64,000 nt of DNA from a virus. Its lineage: Duplodnaviria; Caudoviricetes. The translations under genes were made by a program, and so were the position numbers. The first letter of the stretch is position 1; each line of letters starts with the position of its first letter. Location: the IMG/VR virus record IMGVR_UViG_3300028025_000089. One strand, 5' to 3'. Positions 55,974 to 63,726 of this stretch are shown in pieces. The notes beneath the pieces were generated by a model that worked only from the letters and a program-made list of their open reading frames with translations, was not told where the DNA came from and did no database searches.

Positions 55974-58427
55974 ATGAAGAATCTATTATTATCGATTTTT
56001 GTTTTTTTTACAACTTTCGTCACTTTATCACAATCTTGCACTCACACTATAAGACTAACCGATACTTTTGGTGATGGTTGGAATGGGGGTGCGGTTTCTG
56101 TTTCTGTTAATGGTGCTACTGTTCTGAGTAACATTACTTTTAGTTCTGGATTGGGACCAGTAAATTTTAACTTTAGTGCGTCATCAGGTCAAACAATTAG
56201 AGTATGGAGAACTTTATCGGGAACATATCCATCTGAAATGAGAGTTCAAATAGTAAATAATGTTGGCACAATTCTATTAAATACAATACAACCCGTAACA
56301 GGAACCGCAACAACAGGTGGTTATACTTGTGTTGCTAGTTGTTCAGGTGGTGGAAGTGGAGGTTGTATTAATCTAAGTTCATATGGGTCACTAACCGCAC
56401 CATCCATACCTGGAGCTCAAACAATTAGCACTTGCACATTTCAATCAGAGTATAATACCATTTTTAGTGTTGTTTCTGGAAGACAATATAGATCGACATA
56501 TAATTTAGGTGGTTATATAACAGTTAGACATACATCATACAATGGAACTGTGGTTGCAGCAGGTTTTTCACCTTTAACATGGACTGCTCCTGTGTCGGGA
56601 ACTTATTATATTCACTACAATACTAATTCATCATGTGGAACCGCATCATCTTGTGGAACAACAACGATTGAATGTCTTTCTTGTTCGGCTCCTGCGGCAC
56701 CTGTAAATGATTTAGTTTGTAATGCAACATCAATATCTTGTGGTCAAATTATTTCAGGAACAACAGTCAATGCCACTAACAGCGGAAACGGAGAAAATGG
56801 GTTTTGTGATGTATCACAAACTCAACCTGGAGTTTGGTATATGATTCCTGGGAATGGACAGATTATGACGGCTTATCTCTGTAATACTGCTTGGGATAGT
56901 AAGATCTCGGTTTTTAGTGGTCCTAATTGTTCATCTTTAACTTGCGTTGGCGGTAACGATGATTATGGACCAACGTGTGCCACAACATCAGCATCTTATC
57001 AATGGACATCGACGGTTGGACTAAATTACTACATACTAGTTCATGGATACAGCTCAACTAGTGCCTTTCAGATTGGATTGATCTGCTCAACACCACCACC
57101 CCCTTCACCAACATCAATCACACAGTCAAGTAATCCGATCTGTTCTGGAGGATCAACAACTTTAACTGCGAATGGTGCCGTTGGAACGGTTTATTGGTAT
57201 ATTAATGGGTGTGGTGTAACTCAGATTGGTGTAGGAAATTCCATCACGGTGTCTCCTACTACAACTACCACTTATAACGCTAGAAATTACAATGGAGGGC
57301 TTTTTAGTAATGGATGTGTCTCGACTACGGTTACCGTTAATCCAACACCAACAGTTTCGGTAAGTTCAGTAACAAACACAATTTGTTCGGGATCTAACAC
57401 ACAATTGATTTCATCAGTGGGGAATAATGGAGGATCACCAATAACATACTCATGGTCTCCATCTACAGGACTAACAAATCCAAATGCACCAAGTCCTTTT
57501 GCATCACCGACAAGTAATCAATCATATACACTAACGGTGTCATCAAATGGATGTTCAAATGCGACATCAACAACAATAAATGTTAATCCGTCTGTTGGAT
57601 TTGTATCAACAATATCAGGAAACAACACAATTATTGCGGGAACTCAAGAAACATATTCTATTACACCTGTTCCAAACGCAACATATCAGTGGGCTTACAC
57701 TCAATCGATAACGGCACCATATTGGTCAAACTTACCAAACTCTAATACGCCATCAATATCTTTTTATTGGCCTCAAACAACAACCGATGGGTCTGTTAAA
57801 GTTACGGTTTCAAATTCAAACAATTGTGGAACTCAAGTTAGGTTTTTTAATATCATAACAAACGGAGCTTTACCTGTCGAACTATTATCATTTGACGGAA
57901 TTTGTAATGATAATCTTATCACATTAAATTGGAGAACTGCCACTGAACATAACACATCCCACTTTGATGTTCTTAAATCAAGAGATGGTGAGAATTGGTC
58001 TAAATTAACAACCTTGAATTCTGCTGGTAACTCAACTCAAGAATTAAGTTATTCTACAAAAGATGAAAATGCAATTGACGGAAACAATTATTATAAATTA
58101 ATCCAATATGATATAGATGGGGTTAGTGATGAATACGGACCGATTAATATTATTTGTAATGGAAATTCAAAAGGGTATTTTTCAACATTTCCAAATCCAA
58201 GTTCAGGATCTTTTCAAGTTGTGTTAAATAATAAAAATATGATCGGAAATGGTAAAATTGAAATTCAAGATTCAAAAGGGTCAATTGTTTTAGAAAAAGA
58301 AATTGAAATAAAGGGAGGTATTAATTTATATAATCTTGATATGTTAAATATTGTGTCAGGAGTATATTACATAAAAGTAACATCAAACGAGTTTTCAACT
58401 AATACCATAAAACAAATAATCAAGTAA
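55974..58427 (+). CDS. Secreted multidomain protein with a type IX secretion (Por) C-terminal sorting domain
   Basis: Sec signal MKNLLLSIFVFF..., DTFGDGWNG, Ig-like repeats, LPVELLSF domain, and CTD FPNPSSG...GVYYIKV...KQIIK. Confidence 0.85.
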   Translation: MKNLLLSIFVFFTTFVTLSQSCTHTIRLTDTFGDGWNGGAVSVSVNGATVLSNITFSSGLGPVNFNFSASSGQTIRVWRTLSGTYPSEMRVQIVNNVGTILLNTIQPVTGTATTGGYTCVASCSGGGSGGCINLSSYGSLTAPSIPGAQTISTCTFQSEYNTIFSVVSGRQYRSTYNLGGYITVRHTSYNGTVVAAGFSPLTWTAPVSGTYYIHYNTNSSCGTASSCGTTTIECLSCSAPAAPVNDLVCNATSISCGQIISGTTVNATNSGNGENGFCDVSQTQPGVWYMIPGNGQIMTAYLCNTAWDSKISVFSGPNCSSLTCVGGNDDYGPTCATTSASYQWTSTVGLNYYILVHGYSSTSAFQIGLICSTPPPPSPTSITQSSNPICSGGSTTLTANGAVGTVYWYINGCGVTQIGVGNSITVSPTTTTTYNARNYNGGLFSNGCVSTTVTVNPTPTVSVSSVTNTICSGSNTQLISSVGNNGGSPITYSWSPSTGLTNPNAPSPFASPTSNQSYTLTVSSNGCSNATSTTINVNPSVGFVSTISGNNTIIAGTQETYSITPVPNATYQWAYTQSITAPYWSNLPNSNTPSISFYWPQTTTDGSVKVTVSNSNNCGTQVRFFNIITNGALPVELLSFDGICNDNLITLNWRTATEHNTSHFDVLKSRDGENWSKLTTLNSAGNSTQELSYSTKDENAIDGNNYYKLIQYDIDGVSDEYGPINIICNGNSKGYFSTFPNPSSGSFQVVLNNKNMIGNGKIEIQDSKGSIVLEKEIEIKGGINLYNLDMLNIVSGVYYIKVTSNEFSTNTIKQIIK

Positions 58428-58428
58428 T

Positions 58429-58632
58429 ATGGAAATAATAATCTTCGGATTTTTGATTGTCATAATGGTTTATTGTATTAGAGATCTTGTCGAGTTATTT
58501 TCCGAAATTATAAAACTAAATTTTTTAGTTGGGGTTTCTTTAGTAGTCTTAATTCTAGTTTCAATATTTTTATTTGTTTATTATGAGACAGTGTTTCTTT
58601 GTTATTTACTAAATAATGAAATTTTTAATTAA
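58429..58632 (+). CDS. Small membrane protein
   Basis: Very hydrophobic 67-aa ORF. Confidence 0.45.
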   Translation: MEIIIFGFLIVIMVYCIRDLVELFSEIIKLNFLVGVSLVVLILVSIFLFVYYETVFLCYLLNNEIFN

Positions 58633-58662
58633 AATAATTTTCATTCATTCAAATTAATTTCT

Positions 58663-58670
58663 TATCTTTG
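58663..58670 (+). promoter_or_regulatory. Bacteroidota-type -7 element
   Basis: TATCTTTG, 4 nt before the GTG at 58675. Confidence 0.55.
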
Positions 58671-58674
58671 TAAG

Positions 58675-58857
58675 GTGAAAAAACCCTGTAAAGAATGCCC
58701 CCATTTAATTCGTAATCGTCACAACGATATGATTGTTGATTTTGGTCGTAGAACTGGAAAAAGACACAATTGTCATATGACAGAGGGGGTAAAAGATTTG
58801 TGGAATGTTAAAGATGAAAAGTTTGAATGTTATGGATCAAAAAAAGAAAAAGTTTAG
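58675..58857 (+). CDS. Small Cys/His-rich protein
   Basis: Motifs PCKECPH, CHM and C.GS. Confidence 0.55.
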   Translation: MKKPCKECPHLIRNRHNDMIVDFGRRTGKRHNCHMTEGVKDLWNVKDEKFECYGSKKEKV

Positions 58858-59038
58858 ATTACCAAGAAAAACCAAAAAAAGATTAGAAAAGGATTTCTAT
58901 ACTTATCCAAAAAGTGAAAGAGATACTTACTTAATTGCTTGGCCATCCAAATACGAGGAAGATTATATTGCGTATAAAAAAGGTTTATTAAGAGGTTTAA
59001 AAGAAGAATCAAAAAAAAGATTAAAAGATGAAAAATAG
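58805..59038 (+). CDS. Basic hypothetical protein
   Basis: RLPRKTKK motif. Confidence 0.5.
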   Translation: MLKMKSLNVMDQKKKKFRLPRKTKKRLEKDFYTYPKSERDTYLIAWPSKYEEDYIAYKKGLLRGLKEESKKRLKDEK

Positions 59039-59249
59039 AGAAATAATTTACGGAGTTTGTGACAAGACAGGATCTTGCGAAACATATTTTGGGTTCTTCA
59101 AAACTAAAGAAGATGCCGAACACGAAGTTCAAGTTCAGGCGAATAGACTCAAAGAGGATTTGGGTTGGATGGATATTGAAATAAAAAACGATAGAGCCAT
59201 AGTTGAAGGAAAATTAGTGATAGTAATTCACCAATATGTTCTTCGATGA
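59028..59249 (+). CDS. Hypothetical protein, paralog of 61954..62202
   Basis: IIYGVCDKTGSC..YFGFFK.KEDA matches IIFGVYDKT...C..YFGYFK.ESDA. Confidence 0.6.
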   Translation: MKNREIIYGVCDKTGSCETYFGFFKTKEDAEHEVQVQANRLKEDLGWMDIEIKNDRAIVEGKLVIVIHQYVLR

Positions 59250-59509
59250 TTAAAAGGTATTTGATTGTTTTCTTATCAGCTCTTATATTAGAGATTGGAA
59301 GCACATTTTATATCACTGTTGTTGCCGACAAAAATTATCTTGGAATGTTATTTTTTGCATTCATCGGACCATTTTTGTCATTACCTTTCGTGGGATTTAT
59401 GGTTGAGTCAAAGACTTGGAAGGAGAGATTAAAATTGGCTTTATGTTCAGGACTTGGATATTTGTTTGGGTCTGTAGTTGTTATTATATTTTTGGAGTTA
59501 ATGAAATAG
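59246..59509 (+). CDS. Small multi-pass membrane protein
   Basis: About three TM helices. Confidence 0.55.
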   Translation: MIKRYLIVFLSALILEIGSTFYITVVADKNYLGMLFFAFIGPFLSLPFVGFMVESKTWKERLKLALCSGLGYLFGSVVVIIFLELMK

Positions 59510-59510
59510 T

Positions 59511-59738
59511 ATGGAAGATAAAAAAAAGGGTGGATTAGATGGTCTTATTGACATGATTGCGAGTATTGCGATTGTTTTTGTTGTATTTGCCGTTCTTTGG
59601 TATTTTATTTCTGAATATATTGATTATATCAAAAACAAAGAAACAAGGGTCGTTACAATAGTTACAACCATAATAACAATCATTTTGATGGTTTTAATTT
59701 ATAACAACCCTGAATATGTAAAAAGTTTATTAAAATGA
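59511..59738 (+). CDS. Small membrane protein
   Basis: Two TM helices. Confidence 0.5.
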   Translation: MEDKKKGGLDGLIDMIASIAIVFVVFAVLWYFISEYIDYIKNKETRVVTIVTTIITIILMVLIYNNPEYVKSLLK

Positions 59739-60097
59739 AAAAAGAAACTAAATTTGGAACTTATATAGAAAAAGAAAATGACCCTACAAAATTGACTGGT
59801 GATAAAATCAAGGTCTTTGTAGATAGATTGAAAAAAATTGGAATTGAGGTTAAACTCGTGGGTAACTTTCCTTGGGTTTATATTGATGAAATCTGCGGTA
59901 AAAAAGTAACTGAAACATTTGAGGGAAATTGGGGATTTACTTTGATATTTCTTCCTAGTAGAAATGATAGTCCTCCATCAGAATTTACAGATATTACAGA
60001 GATTTTTAAATTAATTAGAAAGTATGTCCAAGAAACAAAATTAAGAATGAAAGATTCCAAAGATGAGTTAGATGATTTTGGTATAAAAAGTTTATAA
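59735..60097 (+). CDS. Hypothetical protein
   Basis: RLKKIGIEV.LVGNFPW.YI motif. Confidence 0.6.
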   Translation: MKKETKFGTYIEKENDPTKLTGDKIKVFVDRLKKIGIEVKLVGNFPWVYIDEICGKKVTETFEGNWGFTLIFLPSRNDSPPSEFTDITEIFKLIRKYVQETKLRMKDSKDELDDFGIKSL

Positions 60098-60102
60098 AAA
60101 TT

Positions 60103-60519
60103 ATGAAAGATAAAAAAATATATTTAGATGATGTTCGAACACCTATTGATAAAGATTGGATTGTTGTTCGTTCTTACGAAGAGTTTGTTAGTAAAGTAAA
60201 TGAAATTGGTTTGAATAATATTGAACTAATTTCGTTAGATCACGATTTGGGGGACACTGCAATTGATGAATGGAAAAGAAATGTTTATACAAATTATACA
60301 ATTGATTACAATAATATTACAGAAAAAACAGGTATGGATTGTGTTAAGTGGTTAGTTAATGAGTGGATGAATGGTAAACCAGTTGTTGATGTTGTTGTTC
60401 ATTCACACAACGCAATTGGAAGTGGTAATATGATGGGTTATATTAATAACTACCGACATATCAATCGTTTGAAACAGAATTGCATTAGACTTGAGTGGGA
60501 TTATACAATAGAAAAATAA
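60103..60519 (+). CDS. Cyclic-phosphate-processing receiver-like domain protein
   Basis: Motifs IYLDDVR.P, W.VVRSY.EF, ISLDHDLG, TG.DC.KWL and VHS.N..G..NM. Confidence 0.75.
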   Translation: MKDKKIYLDDVRTPIDKDWIVVRSYEEFVSKVNEIGLNNIELISLDHDLGDTAIDEWKRNVYTNYTIDYNNITEKTGMDCVKWLVNEWMNGKPVVDVVVHSHNAIGSGNMMGYINNYRHINRLKQNCIRLEWDYTIEK

Positions 60520-60525
60520 TAGAAA

Positions 60526-61647
60526 ATGGAAAATTTAAATAGTGTATGTTATGTTGGTTTAGTTTGTGAAATAAAACCAATAGAAGGGGCTGATAATATA
60601 GAACTTGCCGTTGTTGGCGGATGGAACGCAATCGTAAAAAAAGGTGAATACAAAGTTACCGATTTGGTTGTTGTTGCAACTACTGACGCTGTAATACCAT
60701 TGAAACTTTCTGATGGTTTGGGTGTTACAGGTTATTTACGAAAAGGACAACGAGTAAGAACTGTAAAACTTCGCGGAGTATATTCTGAATGTTTAATAAT
60801 ACCAATAGGTTTTGTTCCCCCTAAATACAGATATGAAGGATCTGATTGTATGGAATTACTTGAGGTTTTCAAATACGAACCGCCAGTTAAAATGGTTGAA
60901 ATGAGTGTTGGAGGTAGAAAGGTTAAATACCACCAAAATCCTAACTTCCACGTTTATTATAAGTTTCCTAACTTGAAGAATGTTCCTGAGTTATTCACCG
61001 AAGAAGATGAGGTCGTTATCACTCGTAAAATGCATGGAACAAACGCTCGTTATGGTATTGTAAGAAAGAAAAGATTAAGTCTTTGGGATCGTGTTAGAAA
61101 GTTCTTTGGTAATGAATGGGTCGAATTCGATTATGTCTATGGATCCCACAATGTCGAGAAAGGTTCTACATCTCAAGGATTTTATTCTACTGATGTTTGG
61201 AGAACTGTGGCGGAACAATACAATATCCAAAACAAACTTTGGAAGTATGTTAAAGAATATTACACCCCTGAAAGATTGGGAACTGGTATTGTAATCTATG
61301 GTGAAATCTATGGACATGGAATACAAAAAAATTATGACTATGGATTAAGTGATATTCGTTTTTCTGGATTTGACGTTGAGGTTGATGGGGTTTATCGTGA
61401 GTTTTTAGTTGAAAGGGGAATATTTAATGATTTAGATTTACCTGTGGTTGATTTACTTTATCAAGGTAATTGGAATAAAGAAACTCAAGATAGATTTGTA
61501 TTCAACAATTTTGTTGAAGGAACCAAAGTTCCACACGAAGGTGTTGTTGTAAAACATATCAGCGGTGATCGTCAAAAAGTTGGAAAAGTTATAAATCCGG
61601 ATTATCACATATTCAGCGAAAAAAACAACGTTGGTGACTCCCATTAA
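60526..61647 (+). CDS. RNA ligase (DRB0094 / Rnl2-like) with an N-terminal OB-like domain
   Basis: IEGADNIE, VRTVKLRGVYSECL, motif I KMHGTN, YGEIYG, FDV, EGVVVK and KVINPDY. Confidence 0.85.
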   Translation: MENLNSVCYVGLVCEIKPIEGADNIELAVVGGWNAIVKKGEYKVTDLVVVATTDAVIPLKLSDGLGVTGYLRKGQRVRTVKLRGVYSECLIIPIGFVPPKYRYEGSDCMELLEVFKYEPPVKMVEMSVGGRKVKYHQNPNFHVYYKFPNLKNVPELFTEEDEVVITRKMHGTNARYGIVRKKRLSLWDRVRKFFGNEWVEFDYVYGSHNVEKGSTSQGFYSTDVWRTVAEQYNIQNKLWKYVKEYYTPERLGTGIVIYGEIYGHGIQKNYDYGLSDIRFSGFDVEVDGVYREFLVERGIFNDLDLPVVDLLYQGNWNKETQDRFVFNNFVEGTKVPHEGVVVKHISGDRQKVGKVINPDYHIFSEKNNVGDSH

Positions 61648-61669
61648 CTTGATGGGATCACCTTTTTTT
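61633..61669 (+). terminator. Intrinsic terminator overlapping the ligase stop
   Basis: Stem ggtga-tcccat/atggga-tcacc plus T-run. Confidence 0.65.
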
Positions 61670-61677
61670 ATTATTAT
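61649..61677 (+). promoter_or_regulatory. Class-2 promoter
   Basis: TTGATG-N17-TATTAT. Confidence 0.4.
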
Positions 61678-61696
61678 TTAAAAAAAAGAAAATACT

Positions 61697-61957
61697 ATGG
61701 CAACATTTTGGACAGAAGCAGAAGTAGAATTAGATGTAAATGACATCTACGAAAATTTATCAGACCGAGAGGTTTTGAAAATGGTTGATTTATTTGTTGA
61801 AGAAGGTTTGGTGATTTCAACAAACACAAGTAAAAATGAAAGTATGAATTTTTTAGATCAGGAGTGGAAGAAAACACTAGTGAATCTAATGAACAATAGA
61901 CACAGACTTTCAAACGAAGATGAAGAAATGATTAAATCAATCTCAAACAAGTTGTGA
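61697..61957 (+). CDS. Hypothetical protein
   Basis: 86-aa ORF. Confidence 0.6.
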   Translation: MATFWTEAEVELDVNDIYENLSDREVLKMVDLFVEEGLVISTNTSKNESMNFLDQEWKKTLVNLMNNRHRLSNEDEEMIKSISNKL

Positions 61958-62202
61958 TGAGTAAAGAAACTAACATTATTTTTGGTGTCTATGATAAAAC
62001 AAGAGGTGTTGGAGGTTGCGATGATTACTTTGGATATTTCAAAAAAGAATCGGATGCAAGAACCGAAATGAAAACACAATTCGAACACCTTAAAACTAAA
62101 AACCCAAAAGATACTTTAAAACTTCATAAAGATAGAGTTGTTAAGGTTAAAGAAAAAACAGAAGAGATATTAATAATAATACACCCAATTTTAGTGAGAT
62201 GA
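61954..62202 (+). CDS. Hypothetical protein, paralog of 59028..59249
   Basis: Shared N-terminal motif with 59028..59249. Confidence 0.6.
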   Translation: MMSKETNIIFGVYDKTRGVGGCDDYFGYFKKESDARTEMKTQFEHLKTKNPKDTLKLHKDRVVKVKEKTEEILIIIHPILVR

Positions 62203-63137
62203 TAGAGAAATTAAAAACTATATATATTGATGATGAACCTATGTTAGATCATGATGATAAACCAACCAGTAATTCACCAACATGTTGGGGTAGATTACAA
62301 GATGAGGAGTATTCACCATCATTTCCATCGGCCAATAAAGTTCCTGCAGGTATTTATGAAATAGTATGGAACAGACAATTAAGTCAGCACACCCTAAAAA
62401 AACAACCTTTTAAAACAGATGAGTTATATCAATTACCTTCTTATGAAATTCAGGACATTCTCAAAGACATTCAAAATTTTTGGGATCGTAGAGAGAAATA
62501 TAGAAAATATAATTTTGTTCATAAGCGTGGGATTTTAATGTATGGAGAACCTGGTTGCGGGAAATCAGGAATTATTCAGTTGATTTCAAAACAACTTATT
62601 GAAAATGACGGAATTATTATCAACGTAAAAGACCAAGATGATATTGACTATTTTATAGATTTTATATCAACGTTCAGAAAGATTGAAAAAGAAAGACCTT
62701 TGATTGTGATCTTGGAAGACATCGACTCAATTGCCGGTGAAAGTAGTCATTCAACAAGTAGATTATTAAACATCTTGGATGGTGTAAAACAAATTGAAGA
62801 TGTTGTTTATATTGCGACAACCAATTACCCTGAAAAACTACAAGATCGTATCACAAACAGACCATCACGTTTTGACAGACGTTATAAAGTTGAATTACCT
62901 AATGAGGAGATTAGACGAGCATACATCCAACACAAATTAACTGAAGAAGATATTAAAAATATTAATATCGAAGAATGGGTAAAAAGAACTGATGGAATGT
63001 CCCTTTCACACTTGAAAGAGGTTGTAATTTCAACTATAGTTATGGGTAGAGAATTCGAGGAAGTTATGGACAACCTTGAAGGATTAAAAAGAGCTCCGTC
63101 AGTAAGGGGTTCAGGAAAAATGGGATTTGGAAAATAA
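62199..63137 (+). CDS. AAA+ ATPase (BCS1/proteasome-like clade)
   Basis: Motifs RGILMYGEPGCGKS, ILEDID, LLNILDG, ATTNYPEKL and RPSRFD. Confidence 0.85.
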   Translation: MIEKLKTIYIDDEPMLDHDDKPTSNSPTCWGRLQDEEYSPSFPSANKVPAGIYEIVWNRQLSQHTLKKQPFKTDELYQLPSYEIQDILKDIQNFWDRREKYRKYNFVHKRGILMYGEPGCGKSGIIQLISKQLIENDGIIINVKDQDDIDYFIDFISTFRKIEKERPLIVILEDIDSIAGESSHSTSRLLNILDGVKQIEDVVYIATTNYPEKLQDRITNRPSRFDRRYKVELPNEEIRRAYIQHKLTEEDIKNINIEEWVKRTDGMSLSHLKEVVISTIVMGREFEEVMDNLEGLKRAPSVRGSGKMGFGK

Positions 63138-63142
63138 GAAAA

Positions 63143-63322
63143 ATGGAAATAGAGCACGAAGGAAGTATTTATGAAACAAACATCACTAAACCAATATTGG
63201 AAGGTGATTTATATTATGATTGTATGATTAACGAAGTTAAGATGTGTAAATCTTATATTTGTTTTGATCCTTGGTCATTAAAGATGGAATTAAAAAAAGA
63301 AGAAGAAAATGAAAAAGTTTAG
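63143..63322 (+). CDS. Small Cys-containing protein (59 aa, not in track)
   Basis: MEIEHEGSIYETN...YDCMINEVKMCKSYICFDPW. Confidence 0.5.
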   Translation: MEIEHEGSIYETNITKPILEGDLYYDCMINEVKMCKSYICFDPWSLKMELKKEEENEKV

Positions 63323-63488
63323 TTTAATAGTTGGATTATTGTTACTTGTAAGTTGCAAAAGTTCAAAAAGTGGATGTGATGCATATGGAAGTAACACTAT
63401 GAAAAGTGATTCAATTAAAATTAAAGTCGAACATTGTCATATAGAAGAAGAAAACTATTGTTACTATTCTATTGATACACTTAGATAA
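63309..63488 (+). CDS. Small lipoprotein (59 aa, not in track)
   Basis: MKKFSLIVGLLLLVSC lipobox followed by KSSKSGCDAYG. Confidence 0.65.
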   Translation: MKKFSLIVGLLLLVSCKSSKSGCDAYGSNTMKSDSIKIKVEHCHIEEENYCYYSIDTLR

Positions 63489-63520
63489 TTGATTGTTGTT
63501 GGTTCAATCATTAAAAAATA

Positions 63521-63703
63521 CCAATCGTAGGGTGTCTGGCGTAATCCGACACAGGTTGAAAATCCCACTCCTAGGTAAAATTAATCCCCATCTTAGTGGT
63601 GGGGATCTCATTTAAGAGACCCCATCCTTAGTGGTGGGCTTTTAGGACCGTTATCCGTTAGGGTAACAATCAAAAGGGGGAATTCGCTACTCCCCCTTTT
63701 TTT
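63521..63703 (+). ncRNA. Candidate structured ncRNA with two near-identical hairpins, ending in an intrinsic terminator
   Basis: Stems gtgtc/gacac, atcccca-TCTTAGTGG-tggggat, ccccatCCTTAGTGGtggg and gttatcc/gggtaac; terminator aaaaggggga/tcccccttttt. Confidence 0.5.
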
Positions 63704-63726
63704 ATTTAACAAAGTATTTATCTTAT

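Noticed and set aside
3217-62088. Other short overlapping or antisense ORFs in the track (e.g. 3217, 6059, 11379, 17280, 26075, 32458, 46483, 52389, 54546, 61091)
   Set aside because: They are nested within well-supported longer genes and have no recognisable motifs or expression signals.
63584-63638. Possible CRISPR repeats
   Set aside because: There are only two imperfect copies with a 13-nt gap, and no spacer series or cas operon.
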